Shown here: one piece after another, positions 1 to 13,997 of the stretch | Layout of the letters: each line of letters opens with the position of its first letter | How positions within the stretch are numbered: the stretch's first letter is position 1 | From: Prevotella sp. | GTDB taxonomy: Bacteria > Bacteroidota > Bacteroidia > Bacteroidales > Bacteroidaceae | DNA: 64,000 nt | Reading direction: 5' to 3' | Assembly: GCA_017538195.1 (NCBI GenBank) | Contig: JAFYJH010000045.1 | Coordinates: 486-64,485 of the forward strand | The notes under the pieces: generated by a model | Told to the model about the DNA's origin: nothing | Seen by the model: only the letters and a program-made list of their open reading frames with translations | Database searches by the model: none | Made by a program: the position numbers and the translations under genes

Positions 1-270
1 CTTCAATAAGGCTAATGAATATGTCTGTCCCCTCATATCAAAGTTTGATGAAGACACTCGATAGAGCTGATCATCAATACCTTTATATGAATTCTCGAAC
101 CCCATTTTTGCCAGTTCATGAAATGCATCAACAATATATGATAGAATTGTCGTCTTTCCTTTACCATTTATTGCTGAAAGCACATTAATACCTTTTTCTT
201 TAAAATCAAGTTCCAAATGCTCAAATGGAGCACGGTTAACAAATATTGCTTTTTCTAAATAGAATGCCAT
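1..270 (-). CDS. ABC/AAA-family ATPase, N-terminal part only (runs off window); restriction-modification-associated
   Basis: Hand-translated from ATG at 270: MAFYLEKAIFVNRAPFEHLELDFKEKGINVLSAINGKGKTTILSY. N-terminal Walker A (NGKGKTT) in SMC/ABC-type context, 17 bp downstream of hsdS. Confidence 0.7.
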   Translation of the reverse strand, partial: MAFYLEKAIFVNRAPFEHLELDFKEKGINVLSAINGKGKTTILSYIVDAFHELAKMGFENSYKGIDDQLYRVSSSNFDMRGQTYSLALLK

Positions 271-287
271 GATTATTCCTCCTATTT

Positions 288-1451
288 TTATTGCCCCATC
301 TTCGCCAAAAGCAAAGACTGTAATTCGGTTAATTTTGTATTATCTTTTAATCTTATCTTCAAGTCCGTATTTATGATGCTCATTTTCAAGTTGAAATCTT
401 TTACTGCTCTTTCGGAAGGTATCAATAACTCCATTTTTTCAATATTATAAATTGGCAACTTTCCTTGAACTCCACCAACAATACTTTGTTCTATTATTGA
501 CTTACCTTCTTTTGACACGAGGAAAGAGTAAAGATAATTATTTGAAATACTACGAAGATTAACTAGTTTTACGCAATTCTCAGTTAGATTTGCGCCATTT
601 AAAGATTCGTCTATAACATTAACATTTCCGATAGTACCAACTATAGAAAGAATGATATCATCTGTATTAACAATATATTGATGAATTTGCTTTTGAACAT
701 CATCATTAACGTATTGTATTTCGTTATTTAATATCACATATTTATAATTGCACATATCAGCAACTTTAATATAGGGATGTGAACTCTTTTCTGTTTGCAA
801 TTCTTCTCCTTTCGGTAAACGTTTCCCACCTTTTATATCTGCCACTTCCCCCAACGTTCCCATTCGCCAGCCAGCGGGGAGGTTTTCCTTGTTGATATTA
901 TCGACGAACATTTTGCGGTAGAGGGCTTGGGCTGTGGCTTCGAGTTTCTGAATCATTTGCTCATTCAGACGGATGCGACGAGAAAGCGTTTCGTATTCCT
1001 CCACGATTTCACGCTGACGTTCTATTGAAGGAATAGGAAATGTCATATCCAATAATGCGCGCTTGTCCATTCCTCCTCTTACATCCGCATCAGTATAAAA
1101 CCAAGCATTTCTATCAAACTCAGGACGGCGAAACCACATCATTAGGTATTCTGGCAGTAACTTATTGGTTTGTGCTATCTCAAAAACGAAATAAGCTGGC
1201 GAAACGATGATAGGTTTATCTTCTGTCTGTATAGCCATTGGGATCTTTTCATCTCTGCCAACATGCATGAGATTACAAGCAAATTGATTCTTTGAAACAA
1301 GTTTATAGGTAGACAAATCTGTTCCAATGACATTAGCAACCGAAGGCATAAAATGCTTATCAATGTTTATGCCCATCGGTTTCGTAACCTTTTCATCCCG
1401 ATTACGAACATTCACCTCTCTGATATAGTCGCCTAAACGTTTGTATGCCAT
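288..1451 (-). CDS. hsdS: Type I R-M specificity subunit
   Basis: Two TRDs separated by the conserved spacer (IPSIERQREIV...LEATAQALYRKMF, PAGWRMGTLGEV); C-terminal LTELQSLLLAKM; linked to hsdM. Confidence 0.93.
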   Translation of the reverse strand: MAYKRLGDYIREVNVRNRDEKVTKPMGINIDKHFMPSVANVIGTDLSTYKLVSKNQFACNLMHVGRDEKIPMAIQTEDKPIIVSPAYFVFEIAQTNKLLPEYLMMWFRRPEFDRNAWFYTDADVRGGMDKRALLDMTFPIPSIERQREIVEEYETLSRRIRLNEQMIQKLEATAQALYRKMFVDNINKENLPAGWRMGTLGEVADIKGGKRLPKGEELQTEKSSHPYIKVADMCNYKYVILNNEIQYVNDDVQKQIHQYIVNTDDIILSIVGTIGNVNVIDESLNGANLTENCVKLVNLRSISNNYLYSFLVSKEGKSIIEQSIVGGVQGKLPIYNIEKMELLIPSERAVKDFNLKMSIINTDLKIRLKDNTKLTELQSLLLAKMGQ

Positions 1452-2599
1452 GCGTAATAATCTTTTTCAAAGATGTCCATATATTTTTGGAAAACAAAAA
1501 TGCGGTTCCGGGTTTGTCCCGTCAGTTCTTTAAGATAATTGTCTGTACACAAATCTTTAATGAGAGCATTGGCTGACTTGTAAGTCACGTTACATGTTTT
1601 GGCGGCCTCTTCCACATTCATGTAGGGATTCTCCAAGAGTTTATGCATCAGGACAATGGCAGTTGTACTTCTTCTTCCATACCTCTCGCGTATGTCTTCC
1701 TCCATCTTGTCTTTGAATTGGATAATCTGTGATAAGGTTTCTACGGCAATCGTCGCAGTCTGTTCTATGCCTACCAAGAAGTATTTTATCCATTGCAGCA
1801 AATCGTTCTTAACACGAATATTATTTAGATTATCATAATAGATATCTTTTTTCCTTTCAAAGAACGTGGACAGATACAGAAGAGGCTTGTTCAGGATACT
1901 TTCTTTTACCAAGAACAATGTGATAAGCAATCGGCCTATTCGTCCATTACCGTCGAGGAATGGGTGAATGGTTTCAAACTGATAGTGGGCAATGGCAATT
2001 CGAATGAGTGCAGGGACGTGTATTTCGTCATTATTCATGAACTTTTCCAAATCACTCATTAGTTCGTTAAGCAATTGATGGTGAGGAGGAATAAATCTGG
2101 CATCGGCTAAAGAGGCTCCTCCTATCCAGTTCTGACTTGTACGAAACTCGCCTGGCATTTTGTGTTCGCCACGTACACTGTTCAACAGAATCTTGTGTGT
2201 AGATCTGATGAGTCGTGACGATATTGGCAAAGTTTTTAACTCTTCAATCGCCTGATTGATGGCAATAATATAGTTTTGCACTTCTTGCCAGTCATCACGT
2301 CTTTCGGGCAAAATCTCATTTTTGGGAAGAATCGCTTCGTCTATCCTTGTTTGGGTTCCTTCTATTCGGCTAGAATCAACAGCCTCTTTCATGACGTGTA
2401 GTTGTATAAACAAGTCAATATTGGGTACCAAACGTGAGAAAGAATTAAGCTCTCCCAATTTGATTGCAGCCTTTTCCAACAAATGATTTATTGAAGGATC
2501 ATTCCACGTCCATTCATCGTTGATAAGGGACGGAACAAAATATTTGTAACCATAGCCTTGCTCGTAATGGCCGGACTCAAATTTTTCAATTTCTATCAT
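1433..2599 (-). CDS. Fic family protein (Fic/DOC N-terminal region, Fic core, C-terminal winged HTH)
   Basis: Canonical HPFLDGNGRIGR motif; EAVDSSRIEGT inhibitory-type motif; C-terminal ELTGQTRNRIF. Confidence 0.92.
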   Translation of the reverse strand: MIEIEKFESGHYEQGYGYKYFVPSLINDEWTWNDPSINHLLEKAAIKLGELNSFSRLVPNIDLFIQLHVMKEAVDSSRIEGTQTRIDEAILPKNEILPERRDDWQEVQNYIIAINQAIEELKTLPISSRLIRSTHKILLNSVRGEHKMPGEFRTSQNWIGGASLADARFIPPHHQLLNELMSDLEKFMNNDEIHVPALIRIAIAHYQFETIHPFLDGNGRIGRLLITLFLVKESILNKPLLYLSTFFERKKDIYYDNLNNIRVKNDLLQWIKYFLVGIEQTATIAVETLSQIIQFKDKMEEDIRERYGRRSTTAIVLMHKLLENPYMNVEEAAKTCNVTYKSANALIKDLCTDNYLKELTGQTRNRIFVFQKYMDIFEKDYYAWHTNV

Positions 2600-2614
2600 A
2601 TTTTCTATTTTTGG

Positions 2615-2695
2615 TGCAAAGATACAATAAAAATTTTATTATTTTACTTTTTTGCGCAAAAGTAAAATAAAAATTTGTATTATTTTACTTTTTTG
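2615..2695 (-). promoter_or_regulatory. Bacteroidetes promoter (TATCTTTG) with palindromic/direct-repeat operator-like sites upstream of the Fic gene
   Basis: tgcaaagata at ~2616-2624; inverted repeat attttactttt-ttgcgc-aaaagtaaaat at 2641-2668; tattattttacttttttg repeated at 2637 and 2678. Confidence 0.55.
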
Positions 2696-2759
2696 GGTGT
2701 AAAGTAACATCAGAAAAGTGATTGTTATTCCTTTCCAATTCTTTAAACATTGGAAAGAA

Positions 2760-4322
2760 TTACAATGTGTAACCTAATTTATTAAAGAGGGCTTTCAGTT
2801 CCTGTTTGCTTGCTTCCTCCCGTTGTAATAGGTCGCGCATTTCGGTTTGCAACTGGCGCATCTTAGTGTCGAAGTCTATCTGCTCGTCGCGATTACGGAA
2901 CTCGATGTATTTACTGGGCACAAGGCTCCATCCTTTCTGCTCGATTTCGTCAAGCGTGGCAGAGTAGCAATATTCGGGCTCATTGTGATAAGTCTCTTCA
3001 TAGCCGACGTGCTGCCAGTTGTGGAAGTTCTCAGCTATCTGCTGAATTTGCTCTGGTGAGAATTGGATGTATTTCTTTTCGAAAGGCTCACCCCATTGAC
3101 GCAGGTCGATAAAGAGTACTTCGTTTTCGCGATTGCGGTATTTTACCAATTTGCCGTTCTGCTCTACGTTACGGGCTTTCTTGTTATTATTCAGAATCCA
3201 AAGCGTTACGCTAATATCTGTAGAGTAAAACATATTGCGAGGCAGAATAACGATTGCTTCTACCAGATGGTTCTGCAAGAGTTGCTGGCGGATAGCCAAC
3301 TCTGTGCCATCGCCACTTAGTGCTCCATTCGCCAACAAGAAACCAGCAACGCCATTAGCAGAAAGCTTAGAAGCGATATTCAGAATCCAGCCATAGTTGG
3401 CATTACTCGTTGGCGGTACATCGTAGCCTACCCAACGAGGATCGTCCTTGAGTTCGTTTTCAGCTCGCCAAGCCTTCTGGTTAAAAGGAGGATTGGCCAT
3501 AATGAAGTCAGCCTTCAAGTCCTTATGCTGGTCGTTGTGGAAAGTATCAGCAGCCATCTCGCCCAGATTACAGGCGATACCACGAATGGCAAGGTTCATC
3601 TTTGCCAGTTTATAAGTGGTGTTGGTATATTCCTGTCCATAGACAGAGATATCGCGCTTGTTACCATGATGCGCCTCGATAAATTTCATACTCTGCACGA
3701 ACATACCACCAGAGCCACAACAGGGGTCGTAAATCTTGCCACGATAAGGCTCAATCATCTCAGCTATCAGATTAACGATAGTCTTTGGCGTATAGTACTC
3801 TCCTTTACCCTTACCCTCGGCAATAGCAAACTTACCCAAGAAATATTCATACACACGACCAATAAGGTCGTTCTCTGGGTCTTTCAGCGTATCAATCTTA
3901 TTGATTTCGTCGAGCAGAGCAGCAAGTTTAGTACGGTCTAATGATAGACCTGCATAATAGTTGCTTGGTAAAGCTCCCTTCAAAGTAGGGTTGTTCTGCT
4001 CGACCTTCGCCAATGCCTTATCTATTTTGATAGCAATATCATTTTGCTTGGCATTTTCAATCAGAAAATTCCAACGGCTCTCTGGCTCCAAGTAAAAGAC
4101 ATTCTTGGCATTATAGAAGACGGCATTATCGACAAAAGTTTCTTTGCCCTCAGCAACCAGTTCATTGCGTCGCTCCGTAAAACGGTCGTGAGCGTATTTC
4201 AAGAAGATAAGGCTCAACACAACGTGCTTATATTCCGATGGTTCAACAGAACCACGGAGTTTGTTTGCAGATTCCCATAGAGCCTCTTCTATAGCTTTTT
4301 CTTTGATTGTTTTCTTTGCCAT
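2760..4322 (-). CDS. hsdM: Type I R-M N6-adenine methyltransferase subunit
   Basis: LWESANKLRG N-terminus, GEYYTP, DPCCGSGGMF (SAM motif I), NPPF (motif IV). Confidence 0.96.
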   Translation of the reverse strand: MAKKTIKEKAIEEALWESANKLRGSVEPSEYKHVVLSLIFLKYAHDRFTERRNELVAEGKETFVDNAVFYNAKNVFYLEPESRWNFLIENAKQNDIAIKIDKALAKVEQNNPTLKGALPSNYYAGLSLDRTKLAALLDEINKIDTLKDPENDLIGRVYEYFLGKFAIAEGKGKGEYYTPKTIVNLIAEMIEPYRGKIYDPCCGSGGMFVQSMKFIEAHHGNKRDISVYGQEYTNTTYKLAKMNLAIRGIACNLGEMAADTFHNDQHKDLKADFIMANPPFNQKAWRAENELKDDPRWVGYDVPPTSNANYGWILNIASKLSANGVAGFLLANGALSGDGTELAIRQQLLQNHLVEAIVILPRNMFYSTDISVTLWILNNNKKARNVEQNGKLVKYRNRENEVLFIDLRQWGEPFEKKYIQFSPEQIQQIAENFHNWQHVGYEETYHNEPEYCYSATLDEIEQKGWSLVPSKYIEFRNRDEQIDFDTKMRQLQTEMRDLLQREEASKQELKALFNKLGYTL

Positions 4323-4378
4323 AAAAATTACAATTAAAATAATCTCATATAACCATAAAAAATCAGATTATTTCTAGT

Positions 4379-4423
4379 GTGGACCAGGTAGGGCTTGAAC
4401 CTACGACCTCCAGATTATGAGTC
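4379..4423. repeat. 45-bp direct repeat of the tRNA 3' half (att-like site)
   Basis: gtggaccaggtagggcttgaacctacgacctccagattatgagtc is identical to 12659-12703; identity ends in the anticodon arm. Confidence 0.95.
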
Positions 4424-4457
4424 GATTTTTCGACGAAAACGACTTTGCCATCTCGTT

Positions 4458-4760
4458 TTATTCTATGTCGAAGATGTTTTGGAATCCACTCATCCTGAAG
4501 ATATCGGCCACATCCTCGTTGAGGTTTGTCACACGGACTGTGCCACCTTGGGCTTCGCTGGCACGTTTGACCTGCATGAAGAAACGCAGACCGGCAGAAG
4601 AGATATAGTATAGTTCAGAACAGTCTATCTCCAGCGTCTTGTCGGCCAGTTTTACAACTTTGTTCAATTCGTCAGACAACTCTGTGGTTGCCGTTGAGTC
4701 CAGTTCGCCAATCAGACAAACTCGGACTTCCTGATTGTTGGAAAGAATGTTAATTTGCAT
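4458..4760 (-). CDS. STAS-domain anti-sigma factor antagonist (RsbV/SpoIIAA-like)
   Basis: GELDS, IDCSELYYISSAGLR phospho-serine motif, 100 aa. Confidence 0.93.
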   Translation of the reverse strand: MQINILSNNQEVRVCLIGELDSTATTELSDELNKVVKLADKTLEIDCSELYYISSAGLRFFMQVKRASEAQGGTVRVTNLNEDVADIFRMSGFQNIFDIE

Positions 4761-4762
4761 AA

Positions 4763-5149
4763 TTATAAGTATTTGGTGATTGTTAATTGATTTTTCTCGT
4801 TTGTGCGCTGATAGTGCAGTTCGTCGGCAATCTGCCGCAACAGGCTGATGCCCAAGCCGCCTATCTGTCGTTCGTCGATAGCCTTAGATGTGTCGCTTTC
4901 ACAGTTCGTCGGGTCAAAGGCCACTCCGTCGTCCGTCAGCGTCATGGTGACCGTTGGGCATTGGCCAACAACAGTAAACTCAATCTCCGTCGCATGCGAA
5001 TAATCCATCACATTCACCACGGCTTCTTCTAAGGCCACTTCAAGTTTCTTGAGTTCGCGCCTCTCCATACCGATGCACATCCCGTACTCATGTAATGTAC
5101 GACGAAGCAGCGGCCACTGATCTTTGTGATTAGGCACATGTAGCGTCAC
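4763..5149 (-). CDS. RsbW/SpoIIAB-like serine kinase / anti-sigma factor (HATPase); probably the detached C-terminal domain of the upstream phosphatase
   Basis: ALEEAVVNV (N box), DDGVAFDP (G1), GGLGI (G2). Same reading frame as 5153..6763, separated by one TAA. Confidence 0.88.
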   Translation of the reverse strand: MTLHVPNHKDQWPLLRRTLHEYGMCIGMERRELKKLEVALEEAVVNVMDYSHATEIEFTVVGQCPTVTMTLTDDGVAFDPTNCESDTSKAIDERQIGGLGISLLRQIADELHYQRTNEKNQLTITKYL

Positions 5150-5152
5150 TGG

Positions 5153-6759
5153 TTACACGGTACTCTTTTTGCGGATGGTCATGAGCGTAATGTCATCAGT
5201 TGGCTCAGCCTCGCCGATATAGTCTTTCACGGCAGCCAGCAAGTCGTCGCCATGCGCCACCGCCTTCATCCATTGCTGCTTACCCATCATCTTCCGCATC
5301 GCGTTGCGTGCCTCGGTCACACCATCGGTATATAGAACCAGTGCCTCGCCTTCTCCGAGCATACAAGCCTCTTCTACAAACTGAAACTTGCCGTCGTAGC
5401 CAAGAGGAATGTTGGGAACCATCTTGATGCTTCTAACGCTGAGGTCTTTATTCTGCACCAGAGGAGGAAGGTGAGCCGCATTGCAATAGACGATCTGTCC
5501 GCTGGAAATATGCAGGCGTCCGACAAATGCCGTCACAAAGGTAAGCGAGGGATTGTTCTCGCTCAGCACAGCGTTCATCTCTTCTATGACAGACTGAGGC
5601 GATGTCTGGTGCCCTAAGGCAGAACGGAACAGGTTAACGGCAGCCGACATGAACATCGCAGCGGATACTCCCTTTCCGCTCACGTCACCGACTATGAACC
5701 ATAAGTAGTCTCCCAGACGGGAGAAATCATACAGGTCGCCGCCCACTTCATGCATTGGCAGCAGGTCGGCATGCACCACAATGTCGTCGTCTTGTGGGAA
5801 ATCATTACGCAAAATACCCATCTGGATTCCATGAGCGATTTGCAATTCGTGCGACATCAGCTGTTTCTCTGTCTCAAGACGCGCCTTTTCTTGCTGGTCG
5901 CGCAACATACGACGGACAAACACGCCTACCAACACGGTACCAAGCACGAAAATGACAAACGGGAACAGAACGCCTACCCCAATCTCCTTCCATATTAGCC
6001 ATCTGGGCACTGCGATTACCATGTCAATGTCCACCGGATTGAGTGTTTGCCGAGAAATGATCCACATGTCTTTGGTCAGAAGATTGGGGTCGTGCCCTTT
6101 GAGGTTATCGCTCGTCGTGAATACCGTGCCGTCGGAACTGTAGAGCATGCAAACGGCTTCGTCAATAGGCTTAAATTGTTCCAACAACCGCTGGATCCAC
6201 GGAAGGCTGAGATCTATGCCGACAACACAAATCAGGTCGCCATTCTTATCCATTACATTGACAGAATGGGTAACTATTGGCACAGCAAAATCCTCATCCC
6301 GATACGGTTTGCTCCAATAGCCTTTATCGCCGCTCTGCAACGCCCCTTTATACCACTCTCGGGCGAAATAGTCATGGTTTTCGTCGCCATATTCTACCGT
6401 GAGGATAGAATCTTGAACACGGTAAGAGCACGGACAGTACCACTTACCCTTCTCTGGATAGTAATACTCAGGAAAAGCGGCATAGCAATTAAAGAAATGG
6501 GGATAGCGCTTAAGCATGGGATACGTCCCCTTTAACAGTTCGTCAGGTTGAGTCAGATTCTCCATTACAAGATCTTCCATCTGATCTACCGCTTTGTAAG
6601 CATCGTACAGTTCAAACAAGATGTTCTCATGTGCAATCTGCGTTTTCAAATCAATACGCTCCTGTACGTGAAGTCTGGCCTGACGATACGACACTACTAA
6701 CTGCACTGCCAGTGCGACAATGAGAAAGAATGCTGCTAATATGTGAATATATCTGTGAT

Positions 6760-6763
<4 letters not shown>
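5153..6763 (-). CDS. Membrane sensor phosphatase: TM - Cache domain - TM - SpoIIE/PP2C
   Basis: Two hydrophobic helices flanking a Cache signature (DYFAREWYK, YWSKPYRD, VVGIDLSL); PP2C motifs VGGDLYD, GDVSGKG, YTDGVTE, DDITL. Confidence 0.93.
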
Positions 6764-11100
<4,337 letters not shown>

Positions 11101-11105
11101 AATTA

Positions 11106-12461
11106 TTAGAATTTTGTAGTAAATAAACTCGGTGATATTACCAGCGAGAACCACCCCCAGCGGGCTTGTTTGCTGCCACTACCTTGTTTTAGGCGGTCCA
11201 TGGTCTCAGTGCCATGCATCTGGGTATAGCCTGCAACTAAGGATATGTCCTTCGAGAACTTATAGCTGGCCTGTAGTTCGATGCTGTGGCCCAGCGTACG
11301 ATCGAGATCGTAAAGTTCTGTGGCTGTAGCCAGATAATGGTAGGTGGCACTACAACTAAGCTTTGATGCTGGTTTGCCTGTTATTCCTAAATAGGCATTC
11401 TGCAGTCCCGGTGTAAAGCCATTGATGTAAGCACTCTCGTAGAAATAGTCAAGGATGCCGTAAAACTTGGTTCTTGATCCGTAAAGAGGAGCGAAGCCGC
11501 CTTCATACTCTTGGAGTGGCATGCCCAGAGATCCGCCATGGATTACAGGTACATATTCGTCACCACTCAGATAGTCATAGCCCAGTACAAAACCATAGTT
11601 TTCAGTAGGTTTGACCGTAGCTTTCGCACTAACCATCCATGCCTTTATCTTCCTTGCCTGCTTCAAATTGTTGACTACCTTACCCGTTTGGCGGTAATAT
11701 GACCCTTCCAGCGTCAGGTGCTTGGGATGGAAGTTGATGTAGCCACCATACATCTGCTGATATTCTGTGCGAGGTTCATTGTATTCTTCGGGCGCCTTCT
11801 TCTTACCACCCCATTCGTCATCGACCTCGACATAGCATCCAGCCTGCTGCCCGATGTTCATAAAGAGCAGCGAGGCTCCTAACGGAAATTCCCGCACATC
11901 GTAGTGATACCACACGGTCTGCATCGTTTTGTACAACTGCGCGCCGCCGTCATAATATGTGCCGTTATAGCAATTGTCGCCATTCTGGTTATAGGCCAGT
12001 ATGGCATGTGCTTTGTGCCCATTCCCTTCATAGCCAAGCCGGAGAACATCGTGGGACTGGGCTGCTGTAGCGAAGTCATTGGGACCGATGATTCGTTCGT
12101 CGTCGTATGCCAAGGCGATACGCCCCATCTGCGCAAAGAGCCCGTTCTTGGCAGCCATCTTCACCCAGCCCTCATAGAGCGTTAAGGCATTATTGCCTTC
12201 CATGCCCCATATCGCCTTGTTCTGGATGACGGCATGCACCTGCAGCCCGGAACGCTGGTAATCCACATTCAGACGTACACGTCCCACCATGAAACGCGAT
12301 TTGTCTTCATCCGAACCGCCTTCTGTTTTGGGCAGTCCGCCGCCACAAGCCTCGCCGTGCGTCAGCACGTCCATGCTGAAACTGAGCTGGTTGACGGAGT
12401 CTTTTTGTGCCAAACAGCCTGTAGCAGCAATCATCATCAGCAGTATGCAACACTTTCTCAT
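11106..12461 (-). CDS. Outer-membrane beta-barrel, alginate-export (AlgE-like) family
   Basis: Signal peptide MRKCCILLMMIAATGCLA; GRIALAYDDERIIG, GYDYLSGD, FAPLYG motifs; C-terminal Phe. Confidence 0.75.
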   Translation of the reverse strand: MRKCCILLMMIAATGCLAQKDSVNQLSFSMDVLTHGEACGGGLPKTEGGSDEDKSRFMVGRVRLNVDYQRSGLQVHAVIQNKAIWGMEGNNALTLYEGWVKMAAKNGLFAQMGRIALAYDDERIIGPNDFATAAQSHDVLRLGYEGNGHKAHAILAYNQNGDNCYNGTYYDGGAQLYKTMQTVWYHYDVREFPLGASLLFMNIGQQAGCYVEVDDEWGGKKKAPEEYNEPRTEYQQMYGGYINFHPKHLTLEGSYYRQTGKVVNNLKQARKIKAWMVSAKATVKPTENYGFVLGYDYLSGDEYVPVIHGGSLGMPLQEYEGGFAPLYGSRTKFYGILDYFYESAYINGFTPGLQNAYLGITGKPASKLSCSATYHYLATATELYDLDRTLGHSIELQASYKFSKDISLVAGYTQMHGTETMDRLKQGSGSKQARWGWFSLVISPSLFTTKF

Positions 12462-12615
12462 AAGCTCTATATTCCTGTTGGTTGAATTAAATTTGTAATC
12501 CATTGCTATGCACAACCATTGCAAAGTTCGGAAAAATTCTTGAAACCTGCAAGAAATTTGCAGGAAATTTGCAGGAAATCATGTGAAGATTTTCCACTTT
12601 ATGTTCACCAACAAT

Positions 12616-12652
12616 AATCAAGGAGTCACGAAATCTTCGTAACTCCTTGATT
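12616..12652 (-). terminator. Hairpin immediately 3' of the tRNA (terminator or att-arm inverted repeat)
   Basis: aatcaaggagtcacgaa-atc-ttcgtaactccttgatt near-perfect inverted repeat. Confidence 0.65.
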
Positions 12653-12659
12653 CTCAACG

Positions 12660-12733
12660 TGGACCAGGTAGGGCTTGAACCTACGACCTCCAGATTATGA
12701 GTCTGTTGCTCTAACCGACTGAGCTACAAGTCC
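12660..12733 (-). tRNA. tRNA with CAU anticodon, probably tRNA-Ile2 (lysidine) rather than Met
   Basis: GGACTTGTAGCTCAGTCGGTTAGAGCAACAGACTCATAATCTGGAGGTCGTAGGTTCAAGCCCTACCTGGTCCA. Cloverleaf with GTTCAA T-loop and C4-G69 pair; no encoded CCA; promoter TACCTTTG at ~12745-12752. Confidence 0.93.
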
Positions 12734-12793
12734 GATTGCGGGTGCAAAGGTACAAAGAAACGGGCAAAACGCAAAATAAATTTGATTTTATTT

Positions 12794-13996
12794 TTATTCC
12801 GTGACGGCGAGGCCGCCTTCGCTGGTTTCTTTGTAGAGCGATGGAAGGTCGTGGCCGGTCTTTTTCATCACGCGCACGACGCGGTCGAAGGTGACGCGAT
12901 GGCGACCGTCGCTAAAGGCGGCGTAGAGTTGCGAGTCGAGGGCGCGTGTGGCAGCGAAGGCGTTGCGCTCGATGCAGGGAATCTGTACGAGGCCGCACAT
13001 CGGGTCGCAAGTCATGCCAAGATGGTGTTCGAGTCCCATTTCCGCAGCATATTCGATTTGCGCAGGCGAGCCACCGAACAGTTGGCAGGCGGCGGCTGAG
13101 GCCATCGCGCAGGCTACGCCGACTTCGCCCTGACAGCCGACATCGGCACCTGCAATCGAGGCGTTTTGCTTGACGACATTGCCGATGAGACCTGCCGTGG
13201 CGATGGCGTGCAGGATGCGTTTTTCAGAGAACAGATGACCGCGAGAAAGGTGGTAGAGAACGGCTGGCAACACACCACTGGAACCACAGGTCGGAGCGGT
13301 GACGATGATGCCGCCCGACGCATTTTCCTCGCTGACGGCGAGCGCGTAGGAAAAAACCAGTCCGCGACTTTGCAGATGGGCTTTGTAGCCCGATGCTTTG
13401 ATGTAATAGGTCGGAGCCTTGCGAGCCAGTCCGAGCGGTCCGGGCAGTACGCCTTCGTTGTCGAGACCGCGTTCCACAGCGGCTTGCATCGTGTTCCAAA
13501 CCTCGCGCAGATAGTCCCAAATACCGCTGTCCTCGCACTTCTCAACGTATTCCCAATAGCCGCGTCCGTAGCGTTCACACCATTCTTGAATCTCGCTGAG
13601 CGTTTGCATCGAATACACTTCCTCGCCGTCGAGTTTGAGCGTGTCGTTTTCGCCTTCCGAAAGTGCACCGCCCCCCACGCTGTAAACCGTCCATTCGTCG
13701 TGGCGGTTTCCGTCGGCATCGATGGCGACGAATTTCATTCCGTTGGGATGGAAAGGCAGGTATTCACGCACATTCCAGACGATTTCGACTGGCGCGACGC
13801 ATTGCAAACCTTCGCAAATCGCCGTGTCGGTCATGTGTCCCTTGCCTGTGGCGGCGAGTGAACCGTAGAGCGTCACCTCGAAGCGTTTGGCTTCGGAGTG
13901 ACGCTTTGCATAGATTTGGGCGGCCTTCTGCGGTCCCATCGTGTGGGAACTCGACGGCCCTTTTCCTATTCTAAAAAGTTCTCTAAGCGATTTCAT
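12794..13996 (-). CDS. sdaA: L-serine dehydratase (Fe-S, single chain)
   Basis: GKGPSSSHTMGP, YGSLAATGKGH, TAPTCGSSG, GCQGEVG, LGMTCDP, QIPCIERN. Confidence 0.95.
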   Translation of the reverse strand: MKSLRELFRIGKGPSSSHTMGPQKAAQIYAKRHSEAKRFEVTLYGSLAATGKGHMTDTAICEGLQCVAPVEIVWNVREYLPFHPNGMKFVAIDADGNRHDEWTVYSVGGGALSEGENDTLKLDGEEVYSMQTLSEIQEWCERYGRGYWEYVEKCEDSGIWDYLREVWNTMQAAVERGLDNEGVLPGPLGLARKAPTYYIKASGYKAHLQSRGLVFSYALAVSEENASGGIIVTAPTCGSSGVLPAVLYHLSRGHLFSEKRILHAIATAGLIGNVVKQNASIAGADVGCQGEVGVACAMASAAACQLFGGSPAQIEYAAEMGLEHHLGMTCDPMCGLVQIPCIERNAFAATRALDSQLYAAFSDGRHRVTFDRVVRVMKKTGHDLPSLYKETSEGGLAVTE

Positions 13997-13997
13997 C

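Noticed and set aside
288-1451. Invertible hsdS shufflon
   Set aside because: Only one hsdS is visible, with no silent TRD copies, flanking inverted repeats or recombinase in the window.
4395-4613. Small plus-strand ORFs starting in the att repeat (MNLRPPDYES...)
   Set aside because: This is the antisense translation of the tRNA fragment and the STAS gene.
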